From an uncultured virus (IMG/VR IMGVR_UViG_3300028897_000592) (Duplodnaviria; Heunggongvirae; Uroviricota; Caudoviricetes), in the IMG/VR virus record IMGVR_UViG_3300028897_000592: DNA of 20,000 nt; one strand, 5' to 3'. The position numbers and the translations under genes are program-made. The notes under the pieces are model-generated. The model worked only from the letters and a program-made list of their open reading frames with translations, was not told the DNA's origin and ran no database searches. Of this stretch, positions 7,361 to 16,238 are shown one piece after another (the first letter of the stretch is position 1; every line of letters begins with the position of its first letter).

Positions 7361-7392
7361 CAACAGAACTATTTTTTTCTCAACAGAACAAA
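7361..7392 (+). promoter_or_regulatory. CAACAGAAC direct repeat (20-bp period) ending in GAACAAA, upstream of the rightward operon
   Basis: Copies at 7361-7369 and 7381-7389. A similar CAACGAACTATATTTCT lies at about 12492 upstream of the actin gene. Confidence 0.4.
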
Positions 7393-7430
7393 AAGTAAAA
7401 GTAGAGGTTAATACGAAAGGAGAATAGAAG

Positions 7431-9359
7431 ATGTTTGAAGAATCTAGTTGGTTTAATCAAACGTGTTTGTCCTATAGTGACAAAATATATCAAACTAAAT
7501 CCTTCCTAAGAGTAAACCATTCAATCAGTACTATGGATTTCTGTGTTTTCAATCCAGCTCATCTAAATATTTCTATAACTTCAGATGGAAAATTAAGAAC
7601 AAGTTCTATAAATTATGAGAATTCAATTGATCTACTTGAGACATTAAAGGAAGTTATGAATAATAATGAGATGTTTTTTAATACTAATACCCAGATAGAT
7701 AAAAGATACAAGGCGGACCAGTTACTTGTCTTTAAATTTCAGAAGGCCAGTGCTAGTAGTGGTGAGAAAGTGGTAACAATTCAAATTTATAGAAATGAAT
7801 CAGATTTTGGAGAAATAATAATTTCGTTCCAATTATTTAGAGTAGTCGCTTTTATAGTTAAATCGTTCGTAGAAAATTATGTAGTAATAACTTCGAATTT
7901 AAGACGAGATATGTTACTTACTGAAACATTGAGAGTAAATAGACAACTAGCTAATGATATTAGAAATTTTCCAAATCAATTAATAAGTATTCCAGGTACG
8001 GTGGAAACAACACTCGATTCTAATGAAAGTTCTGAGTCAGAAAATATGTCAGATATGTTAGACAAATTTATTGGAAAAGATCTAGAGAATATAGAAGATA
8101 TTAAAATTCCAGATATAAATAAGAGTGTAGAATATGCTGAAACTCATAATAATATAGAAGAAGTTCATAATGATTTTGTAAATCGAGTATTATTAAATGA
8201 TTTACAAGAATTAGAAAAGATCTTAGAATTAGCTACTACGTCAGACCAAGGAAATCCTTTTATAACGATTTATAATAAGTTTAGTAACAATAAATTTCCG
8301 TTACTTCCTGGTGTTTCTGAGAAAGATTTGAAATCAATATCCTATCTTTCAAAATTATTTTACATGACACATTTTAGAAATAATATTGAAAATGCTATTG
8401 GAATTCCAGTGAGTTTCTTTGACTTAAAATATAGACCGAGTAGAGATAAAATAAAAGTAGAAAATATAAACTTAGCCTATGATTTACTATTATTTATTGG
8501 TTACATACGAGAAGTAAGAAATCGTTTAGAATCTAAAATAAGTGATAGTATAACAAATAAAGCTATTATGTATTTGGGTTTGAGATGTTTTTGTGACGTT
8601 TTTACTTTTAGTTTTTTAGATGATGTTAAAGATCTTACAACAACTATAACATCTCATTTCGATTCTTATAATCAAACTAAAATATTTGATTATTATAAAG
8701 GAATTTTAAAAGATAATAATTGTTCACAAGTTACCAAAGGAGACATTCAAATTTTTGTTGAGCAAATAAGTGAAAGAGTTATTGGAAAAACAATTTTAGT
8801 TGATCAGTTACATGATGAACTATTTAATTCAGGAGATGTAAAAATTCCATCGGAAAATCCGTTTAGTACAGAACAAATTATAAATGAGATAATTCCGTTA
8901 GAAGTAAATGAAAAACTTGGATTTTTTGCTGAACATGAATTAGAAAGAAAAGATCCAGAAATTATGAAACTATTTGAAAAAAAGGAAGAGGAGAACGGAA
9001 AGAAAAAAGAAGAGAAAGAAAAAATTTCTAATTTAGTAAGAATCGTACTAGAACTTGAAAATGAAATACCACCAAGTATGAGTAAAGAAGTTTGGGACTT
9101 CGTGAAGAAATATGAAAATAGAAATTGTGATTTAAGAGAAATAAGCTCAATTTTATCTGACCTTGGTGAGAATATAATTAAGGCATTCTACTTATGGAAC
9201 CCAGATAATGATGAAAAATTAAAACAAAACTATTCTTATTTTTATAATAAAGTTAAAAAAGAAACAATGGGAAAAAATGATATTATTGTTACAATAAATG
9301 AATCTTCTGAGGATCGAAATTCTGATCTTTGGATGAGTAGCTTTGATTTAGAAGAATGA
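7431..9359 (+). CDS. large hypothetical protein (642 aa)
   Basis: Long ORF, AAAGGAG RBS. No recognisable catalytic motif. Confidence 0.85.
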   Translation: MFEESSWFNQTCLSYSDKIYQTKSFLRVNHSISTMDFCVFNPAHLNISITSDGKLRTSSINYENSIDLLETLKEVMNNNEMFFNTNTQIDKRYKADQLLVFKFQKASASSGEKVVTIQIYRNESDFGEIIISFQLFRVVAFIVKSFVENYVVITSNLRRDMLLTETLRVNRQLANDIRNFPNQLISIPGTVETTLDSNESSESENMSDMLDKFIGKDLENIEDIKIPDINKSVEYAETHNNIEEVHNDFVNRVLLNDLQELEKILELATTSDQGNPFITIYNKFSNNKFPLLPGVSEKDLKSISYLSKLFYMTHFRNNIENAIGIPVSFFDLKYRPSRDKIKVENINLAYDLLLFIGYIREVRNRLESKISDSITNKAIMYLGLRCFCDVFTFSFLDDVKDLTTTITSHFDSYNQTKIFDYYKGILKDNNCSQVTKGDIQIFVEQISERVIGKTILVDQLHDELFNSGDVKIPSENPFSTEQIINEIIPLEVNEKLGFFAEHELERKDPEIMKLFEKKEEENGKKKEEKEKISNLVRIVLELENEIPPSMSKEVWDFVKKYENRNCDLREISSILSDLGENIIKAFYLWNPDNDEKLKQNYSYFYNKVKKETMGKNDIIVTINESSEDRNSDLWMSSFDLEE

Positions 9360-9369
9360 AAGGTTGAAT

Positions 9370-9990
9370 ATGTCTCTTACTTTAGGAAAAGTTTTCGATA
9401 GAAGTTACTATTTAAGAATTCCTTTTTTAGATGGTAGCTATAATGTTGGAGTATTTTTAACTAAGAAATCTCCGTTTCTTCTATTTACAATATCTCCGGA
9501 TTTCTCAGGAGAGTCTGTACATAAAAGGAATGTAAAAGTAAATATGTTTAAAAACTTACTTTCATCAAAATTTTGTGAGACTTTCTTGATTTTGCACGAT
9601 TTTAGAAAGGATACTCTTGATATCATAAATCAGTTCGAAGGTGTTAAACCTGAGTATTCCGATGATGTAAGTTTTATATTGAATGAAACAATAACTTTAT
9701 CAAAGATTGAAGTTGTTGACCGAGTACTTTTTGATACTTTAATTATATATGGTTTCACTTTATCAGCTTATATGAATGAGTTTGTCTTTCTAATTGCTGA
9801 GAGACAAAATATTGTGAGAAGACTCAATAGAAAAATAGTTAGAACTACAGGAATACAAATTTCTACAACTGACGCTCTTTCTCTTGTAAATGATTTTCAT
9901 AAAATAAGTAAAACATCTGGAAAAGCTGGATTTGAAACAAAAATACCAACAGATGAAGTTATAAAACTTTCTGATATTGATGAGGAATAA
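9370..9990 (+). CDS. hypothetical protein
   Basis: ORF track 9364..9990. ATG 9370 follows GAAAGG. Confidence 0.75.
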   Translation: MSLTLGKVFDRSYYLRIPFLDGSYNVGVFLTKKSPFLLFTISPDFSGESVHKRNVKVNMFKNLLSSKFCETFLILHDFRKDTLDIINQFEGVKPEYSDDVSFILNETITLSKIEVVDRVLFDTLIIYGFTLSAYMNEFVFLIAERQNIVRRLNRKIVRTTGIQISTTDALSLVNDFHKISKTSGKAGFETKIPTDEVIKLSDIDEE

Positions 9991-9993
9991 TAA

Positions 9994-11232
9994 ATGCCAT
10001 CAGATAAGGATATGATAGGAACTAGATATCATTATCATTATATTCACAATGTTTATGGAAATTTTTTCGCTGATACATTAGAATATCTTACTTCTTATCT
10101 CCATCCTCGTTTCCAGTATAAAGTGGTTGGAACATATGATAAGGCAGTTGAATTTTTAAGTAAAAAAGAACAATACAATCGAGAGACTGATAAACCCATG
10201 TTACCTGCGTTGGTGTTAAATCCGACGGGAGAGTTTGGTCCAGCAGAGGCAATCGCTGGAGGAAAACAACTTTGGAGATTTCCAAACTTAGCACCAGGTT
10301 TTATTAAGAGACTTTTTGAACCAATATATCAAGACCAAAATGTGGTAGTTAATGTTGGGTTTATGCGAATTAAGGGCGAAATTGAACTAATAATGTTGTT
10401 GAATTCTATTTATGAATATACTGATTTAAGAATGTATATGTTTCAAGTTTTTGGTGGAACTGACAGATGGATTTATCCAAGATGGTTTACTTCTTTTGTT
10501 ATTCTTCCAGAAGAACTGATAAATTATCGTTATAGGAATGAATATTCAAAAGTTTCTTATAAACTTAACTGGGGTTCTGCTGGAGCTACTAGAAGATTGG
10601 TTAAGTCTACTAACATTAATGAGTTAGTAGTTCCATGTACTATTAAACCGATGTATAAACTAACGTCAATCACAGACGGAAGTTCAAAATATGGTGGAAC
10701 GGACAAGTTAGCCGATTGGCGATTAACGTCTACGCTTGAATATGAAGTTGAATTACCAAGCTTTCTTGTTTTAGAATCTGACTATCTCGCTGTAGGGTTT
10801 GATCTCGAAATTGGGTATGGATCCTGTTATTCACAATATTCAGATTATAGACCACCAGTTAATCGTGAGTTGTATAATATTGGTTGGGATATGGGTATAG
10901 ATGAAACATCAAATACTGAGTTTGACGCTATAAATTTTGATACTACATCAGATGTTGTTTTTCAAGGTACTGCCACATTTAAAACTCGTTACTTTCATGT
11001 AATAACAAAAGTAGAGTCAAAATCTAAAACTAATGTTGAGATAAGTATTCCAGAACAGATAACAGATAACAAGTTGTTAATAGTTAACTCGAGATATGGT
11101 CAACTATTATATGGAGACGACTATATATTAAAGGATAGTGGGTTCACGTTAGTTATAAAAGTGTCAAATGTTCAATTAGTAGAAGGTATGGTCATTGAGT
11201 TATATATTTATGGATTAGAAGGAGTTACATAA
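9994..11232 (+). CDS. putative virion structural protein (tail completion/terminator-like N-part, C-terminal beta-sandwich)
   Basis: 412 aa, Tyr/aromatic-rich. C-terminal LIVNSRYGQLLYGDDYIL...LVEGMVIELY resembles beta domains in phage tail/baseplate proteins. The CDS is solid; the function is inference. Confidence 0.45.
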   Translation: MPSDKDMIGTRYHYHYIHNVYGNFFADTLEYLTSYLHPRFQYKVVGTYDKAVEFLSKKEQYNRETDKPMLPALVLNPTGEFGPAEAIAGGKQLWRFPNLAPGFIKRLFEPIYQDQNVVVNVGFMRIKGEIELIMLLNSIYEYTDLRMYMFQVFGGTDRWIYPRWFTSFVILPEELINYRYRNEYSKVSYKLNWGSAGATRRLVKSTNINELVVPCTIKPMYKLTSITDGSSKYGGTDKLADWRLTSTLEYEVELPSFLVLESDYLAVGFDLEIGYGSCYSQYSDYRPPVNRELYNIGWDMGIDETSNTEFDAINFDTTSDVVFQGTATFKTRYFHVITKVESKSKTNVEISIPEQITDNKLLIVNSRYGQLLYGDDYILKDSGFTLVIKVSNVQLVEGMVIELYIYGLEGVT

Positions 11233-11900
11233 TGAATAATTCACTTAAGAAACATCTTGAACAAATGATAGGAGTTGAAGATAAGGTTGAAAAAGAGATA
11301 GCAGTTGGTTGTGGTGTGATAATAAAAGAAGGTGACAATTTTGAGAAGATGGTCTTATTAATACAGAGATCTGAAAAAGATCATTGGCCACTCCACTGGG
11401 AATTTCCTAGAGGGAAGTGTGATAAACCAGTTGGAGAAGATATTGTTCACTGTGTAAGACGAGAAGTAAAAGAAGAGACTGGATTGGTTGTTGAGCCACT
11501 TGGTCTGATTGACACATTTGAATATATTGCAGACAAGGGTACAAGGAAGTCAATATCATATAATGTTTTATGTAAAATGACTGATCCTAATCAAGAGGTA
11601 AAGTTGTCTAAAGAACATAAGGATTATAAATGGGTTACTTCTGTTGGTGAAGTAGAACTTCTAGTTAATCCAGACCAGAAGAAAACTATTATTAAAGTTT
11701 TAAATACTGGGTTAATGATAACTGATATTCCGGTGGGATTTACAAAAAGTAATCAAATTAAAGAAGGTTGGTTTGATGTTTTTGGATTAGTTCCTCCAAA
11801 TCCTAAATTGAAATATGCAGATTTATCAAAAGCTAAAGAGAAAGCTAAGGAAAGAATAGTTGGGAAGTTAGTTAAGAATTATCTGGAGAAGATTCAGTGA
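11232..11900 (+). CDS. Nudix hydrolase (MutT-like)
   Basis: VLLIQRS...WEFPRGKCDKPVGEDIVHCVRREVKEETGL (Nudix box with a 2-residue insertion), LSKEHKDYKWV. Confidence 0.9.
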   Translation: MNNSLKKHLEQMIGVEDKVEKEIAVGCGVIIKEGDNFEKMVLLIQRSEKDHWPLHWEFPRGKCDKPVGEDIVHCVRREVKEETGLVVEPLGLIDTFEYIADKGTRKSISYNVLCKMTDPNQEVKLSKEHKDYKWVTSVGEVELLVNPDQKKTIIKVLNTGLMITDIPVGFTKSNQIKEGWFDVFGLVPPNPKLKYADLSKAKEKAKERIVGKLVKNYLEKIQ

Positions 11901-12385
11901 TAAGACTTGTAATAAAAGAACCTGGATTTTTTATTGAACTTCCAAAAATAGCTCCGTTTAGAACTCCAGCAGTTGTAGATATTTCTCATGTTGATTTAAA
12001 TTTAATTATAACAAAGTTAAGGAAAGCTGGAATTACAAACTATGAGATTAAGTCTGGACCTGATAAAATTAAAACTATAAGATCTAAACCTGTCGAAAAA
12101 TCATTGGAGGGTCTGGGAACTTTTGAAAATCTAAAAGAAAGATTTGACAAGTTTGAAGAGCTTCTACAAGAAATTGTAAACAAAGAACCGTCGTCAGAGG
12201 TAGTTAAAGATTTTAATGAAGAAGTAAAGATTGAGGAGATTGAAGAACCTGATAAGTTTATTCCAGATATTGACGTAAGTAAAATGAGAATAAGATCTTC
12301 TGGTTTTAAAATTGAGAAATCTGATGGAAACATAGAAGGAAATGCTAATTTATTGTCAAAAACTAGGAAGAAAAAAGAAGAATGA
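11897..12385 (+). CDS. hypothetical protein with central coiled coil
   Basis: 162 aa, GTGA overlap. LKERFDKFEELLQEIV heptads and an acidic linker. Confidence 0.7.
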   Translation: MIRLVIKEPGFFIELPKIAPFRTPAVVDISHVDLNLIITKLRKAGITNYEIKSGPDKIKTIRSKPVEKSLEGLGTFENLKERFDKFEELLQEIVNKEPSSEVVKDFNEEVKIEEIEEPDKFIPDIDVSKMRIRSSGFKIEKSDGNIEGNANLLSKTRKKKEE

Positions 12386-12538
12386 AATTAATAGGTTAGT
12401 TTTTCCCTTTATATTAGTAAGAACTACTGAAATTACGAAAAATTGGTATTATAAGTAGTTGAAAATATTAATAAAAATTTTTAACAATTTCCAACGAACT
12501 ATATTTCTAGATTCTTTTCGATAAAGGAGGAGAAAGGG

Positions 12539-13573
12539 ATGAGTGAAGAAGTAAAAGAAAAACAAAGTAATATTCTTTTTGTGGGATTAGATATAGGTAC
12601 AATGAATATTTGTATGGCGAGAAATGACTCAGACGAAATTAAGATTACAAGAAACGTATTTTTGCCTTTATTAAAAGATGAAATTTCTATGTCTGAATTA
12701 TCTGATATTTCTTTTGTTGAAGATAATGAAGGAAATCTTTTTATTATCGGTCAAGATGCTTTTGTTTTCTCAAATATTTTTGGACAGAAAGTTTCTCGTC
12801 CAATGGAAAGTGGGCTTATAAGTCCTAAAGAAGTTGCTGCGATTGATGTTTTAACATTAATGTTGAAGGACTTGTTTGGAAATATAAAGGATAAAGAAGT
12901 TTATTGTTCTTATAGTATTCCAGCGGAAGCAATTGATGAAACTAAATCAATTACATACCATGAACGTGTTTTTGCTAGGATTTTAAATGCGATTGGAGTT
13001 AATCATTCTTCTGTAAATGAGGGAATGGCAATTATTTATTCTGAAGCTGCTAACGAAGGTTTTAGTGGAGTAGCTTTATCACTTGGTGCGGGAATGACAA
13101 ACTGTGCTGTTGCATATAAAGGAATTGAAGCTCTTAAGTTCTCAACAGCTAGGAGTGGTGACTGGATAGATAAGAATGTTGGTGAGTCATTAGACATCGT
13201 TCCAAATCGAGTTACAAGTGTTAAAGAGAAGAGTTTAAATTTAGAAGAAGATTTCTCGACTGAAAAAAATAAAAAGAAACGTAGAGTTTTAGAAGCACTT
13301 CATTATTATTATGAAGCCTTGATAAGGTATACTATTAAGAAAATAATTCAAGAATTTAATGAACGAGTTGACATTGAAGTTGAGGAACCAATACCTTTTA
13401 TAGTTTCTGGTGGAACATCGTTACCGAATGGTTTTCTAAATTTATTTAAAAATGTGTTATCAACTTATGAACTTCCTTTTGAGGTTTCTGAGATAAGACA
13501 GGCAAAAAATCCATTAACCGCAGTTGCTAATGGTTTATTAGTTAAAACAATTGCAGATATGTCAGGGAGGTAA
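12539..13573 (+). CDS. Actin-fold ATPase (MreB/FtsA/ParM superfamily)
   Basis: Phosphate-1 GLDIGTMNI, connect-1 VNEGMAII, phosphate-2 SLGAGMTN, adenosine VSGGTS, connect-2 PLTAVANGLL. 344 aa, AAGGAGG RBS. Confidence 0.85.
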   Translation: MSEEVKEKQSNILFVGLDIGTMNICMARNDSDEIKITRNVFLPLLKDEISMSELSDISFVEDNEGNLFIIGQDAFVFSNIFGQKVSRPMESGLISPKEVAAIDVLTLMLKDLFGNIKDKEVYCSYSIPAEAIDETKSITYHERVFARILNAIGVNHSSVNEGMAIIYSEAANEGFSGVALSLGAGMTNCAVAYKGIEALKFSTARSGDWIDKNVGESLDIVPNRVTSVKEKSLNLEEDFSTEKNKKKRRVLEALHYYYEALIRYTIKKIIQEFNERVDIEVEEPIPFIVSGGTSLPNGFLNLFKNVLSTYELPFEVSEIRQAKNPLTAVANGLLVKTIADMSGR

Positions 13574-13578
13574 TTAAA

Positions 13579-14121
13579 ATGAGTAAAACTAAAGAAGAAG
13601 AAAGATTAGTAGACTTAATTCTTGATGGAAAGTATAATAAGGTTGTTAAAGCTGATAGAAGAGTGGACATAATTTTAGATCAAGTTGGTCCACCACCCAA
13701 GAAAAAAGACGAAGACGAAGAAGAAATTGAAGAGAAATGTAAAGGGGTTAGGGAACATGAGGATAACGTAATTGACGAAGTTCCCGACGAAAACATTGAC
13801 TCAGTGAAGAAAGATATCGAGAAAGAAGTAACTGAACAAGTAACTGGACCGGGTGGACATGTTCCTGATAGAACTGGTCCACATGGAAGAGGGATGGGTC
13901 CTGGTAAGGGAACAGCATCTGGTCTAGGTATGGAGAAAAAAGAAGAAGAGGAAGAAGGTGAAGAAGAAATTAAAGAAGAAGACACTGAATATCAGAAGTT
14001 TTTCAGAAAGAAATTGGACGATTGGGGTGTTAAGTCACCAGCAGAGTTGGCAGACGCAAAGAAGAAGGAATTTTTTAACCAAGTAGATAAAGAATACAAA
14101 GCTAAAAAAGAAACTGATTAA
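13579..14121 (+). CDS. acidic low-complexity protein, putative internal head/prohead core protein
   Basis: Glu/Lys-rich with Gly-rich GPGGHVPDRTGPHGRGMGPGKG, several (I/V)-x-E sites and C-terminal YQKFFRKKLDDWGVKSPAEL...KKKEFFNQVDKEY. GGGAGG RBS. Confidence 0.5.
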   Translation: MSKTKEEERLVDLILDGKYNKVVKADRRVDIILDQVGPPPKKKDEDEEEIEEKCKGVREHEDNVIDEVPDENIDSVKKDIEKEVTEQVTGPGGHVPDRTGPHGRGMGPGKGTASGLGMEKKEEEEEGEEEIKEEDTEYQKFFRKKLDDWGVKSPAELADAKKKEFFNQVDKEYKAKKETD

Positions 14122-14140
14122 TTAGAAAGGAATATGAATT

Positions 14141-15409
14141 GTGAACCAACCGGAGATGTGGAATTGGAAAGACGCATTAGAGACTATTGATCGTGAGAAA
14201 GTTAAACTTCTAACTTCTCCGCAGTTACAACAACTTGGAGTGAAAAATTTATCTTTAAAAATAGTACAAACTTTAGAAGAACTACGCGGAGATCCTCCAA
14301 ATATTGTTATAGGTGAATGTGTTCATGGTGTTACTTTTGAACAGAATAGATTTAAAGAACAAGTACTTAAAAAAAGAGTAAATTATGTAATGGCGCTGGG
14401 TGTTTATCAACAACTTCATTATATCTATAATAAACGTATTCTTAAACCATCTTGTCTGAAATTTAAGAATCTATATAAACCATACATTGGTCAAGACTTA
14501 AATGACAAAAGTTTACTAGTTACTAGAACTGGGGGGGTTGGTGACCTCCTTTTTATTCAACCAAATCTTCTTTATATTAAAGAGAAATATCCTGGAAGTT
14601 ATATAAAGTTTTCTTGTGGTCCACAATATCAATCAATGATAGAAACTTGGGACTGTGTAGACGAAATTTTAGACTTACCTTTTCCAGCTACTCAACTAAT
14701 CAATACTGATTATCACGCGATTTTTGAAGGTGTAATAGAAAGATGTAAGGAGTCTACAGTGACAAATGCTTACAACCTTTTTTCGAAGTGGTTAGGTATT
14801 GATTTATCAGATGAAAAATTAATTCCAAAACAAGAACCAAAACAAGAGAAGATTGACGAATGTAAAGAGATCTTAAAGAAATGGAATTTAGAAGGAGAAC
14901 CATTTTTTATAGTACAAATCCGAGCAAGTTCACCAATTAGAACTCCAAAACCAAGTTTTTGGATAGATTTAATAGACAAACTTACAGATCGAGACTTTAA
15001 TATTTTAATAACTGATTCACCACATCAATCTGAAAATGTTGAAAATTTTATGAGTAGATTAGACAACAAAGGAAAGGTTTTTAATTTTTGTAAATATTCG
15101 AAGTCAATAGATTATACAATTGCAATAACATCTTTGTCTAAATTATCAATTTCTACTGACTCAGCACTTATACATATTGCGCAATCTGTTGGTACTCCAG
15201 CTTTCGGTATTTATGGACCATTCCCTGCTTTTGTTCGGTTGAAAACTTATAAAAATGTTGACTGGGTTGAGGGGAAACTTGATTGTTCACCTTGTTTCTT
15301 ACATGGACAGAAACCATGTCCTAAAAGTACTACTGGTTATAGTCCTTGTTATGATACTATTGATCTTTATGAAACTGTTGAGAAGATAGGGAGACTGATA
15401 AATGATTAA
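14141..15409 (+). CDS. Glycosyltransferase family 9-like (ADP-heptose:LPS heptosyltransferase WaaC/WaaF fold) with N-terminal extension
   Basis: RTGGVGDLLF, STDSALIHIAQSVGTPAFGIYGP, C-terminal LDCSPCF...C...SPCY. Start codon uncertain. Confidence 0.85.
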   Translation: MNQPEMWNWKDALETIDREKVKLLTSPQLQQLGVKNLSLKIVQTLEELRGDPPNIVIGECVHGVTFEQNRFKEQVLKKRVNYVMALGVYQQLHYIYNKRILKPSCLKFKNLYKPYIGQDLNDKSLLVTRTGGVGDLLFIQPNLLYIKEKYPGSYIKFSCGPQYQSMIETWDCVDEILDLPFPATQLINTDYHAIFEGVIERCKESTVTNAYNLFSKWLGIDLSDEKLIPKQEPKQEKIDECKEILKKWNLEGEPFFIVQIRASSPIRTPKPSFWIDLIDKLTDRDFNILITDSPHQSENVENFMSRLDNKGKVFNFCKYSKSIDYTIAITSLSKLSISTDSALIHIAQSVGTPAFGIYGPFPAFVRLKTYKNVDWVEGKLDCSPCFLHGQKPCPKSTTGYSPCYDTIDLYETVEKIGRLIND

Positions 15410-16229
15410 AGTAATGATGACTGTAAGAAATAGGTTATCAATCACGAAAAAATGTATTGAGGCTTTACATAAACATACAACAATTCCTTTTCAGTTATAT
15501 GTTTATGATAATCTTACTACGTTTAATACGAAAGGACATTTTAGATATTTTAATGAGATATATGATAAAAAACTAGTAACTCAAATAACATTTAATACTA
15601 AAGTAAGTACGTTTGACGCCTTTTCTAAAGCAGTTTCTTCAAACCAGTTTGGTCTTTTACATGAACAAGACCCAAAGAAAAATGACTATGAGTTTTTACT
15701 ATTATTAGATAATGATGTGATACCTACACCAAACTGGGACAAGGTCGTAAGTAAAGCATGGAGAGATGTTACTAACTTGAAGTTGAAAAATATAAAAGTA
15801 ATATCTCAACACCCAGGAGGAATAAAAGAGAAAGAGATACTATCAAATTCCTTAGCCGGTTTTCCCGCGTCAATAGGAAAACTTGGGGGTTCTGGATTTT
15901 GGACAATTAGAACAAATTTTTTTAAAGACGTTGGTTTATTAGATTTGAATAAGTTAGTTGGTGTCGACAAAAGACATGATCAAGAATACTGGCGTTTATT
16001 AGACATTTCAACTGGAGGACAAAAATATATAGTTGGTCTAAAAGTAAAACTTGGAATCCATACAGGGAGACTAACTGGAAGTATTTGTAACGTCCTTTCC
16101 AGAAATAGACGACCAGACAGAGAAAAGATGATAACATTTGATGAAGCTGAGAAGTGGATTGACGAGATGTCGTTTGAAGATTTCTATAAGATGATAGAAA
16201 ACAATAAAACACTTGTAAATGATTGGTAA
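15402..16229 (+). CDS. Glycosyltransferase family 2 (GT-A fold)
   Basis: MMTVRNRLSITKKCIEAL, LYVYDN, LLLLDNDV (DxD), HDQEYW. Confidence 0.8.
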   Translation: MIKVMMTVRNRLSITKKCIEALHKHTTIPFQLYVYDNLTTFNTKGHFRYFNEIYDKKLVTQITFNTKVSTFDAFSKAVSSNQFGLLHEQDPKKNDYEFLLLLDNDVIPTPNWDKVVSKAWRDVTNLKLKNIKVISQHPGGIKEKEILSNSLAGFPASIGKLGGSGFWTIRTNFFKDVGLLDLNKLVGVDKRHDQEYWRLLDISTGGQKYIVGLKVKLGIHTGRLTGSICNVLSRNRRPDREKMITFDEAEKWIDEMSFEDFYKMIENNKTLVNDW

Positions 16230-16238
16230 AGAAAGTAA

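Larger units (their letters stand above)
6800..7430. other. Divergent non-coding region; candidate replication origin and bidirectional promoter region
   Basis: 630 bp with no ORF in the track, at the switch of coding strand and purine skew. Nine plus-strand GAAC, three ACTAGT, three TATATATA boxes and two long hairpins. Confidence 0.55.

Noticed and set aside
2742..7412. 13-mer AGTAGAGGTTAAT shared between the tRNA-like element (minus 2742-2754) and 7400-7412
   Set aside because: Several 13-mer matches are expected by chance in 20 kb of AT-rich DNA on two strands, and there is no further similarity.
6800..7430. CRISPR array or known riboswitch in the intergenic region
   Set aside because: No regularly spaced 23-50-bp repeats and no recognisable riboswitch consensus.
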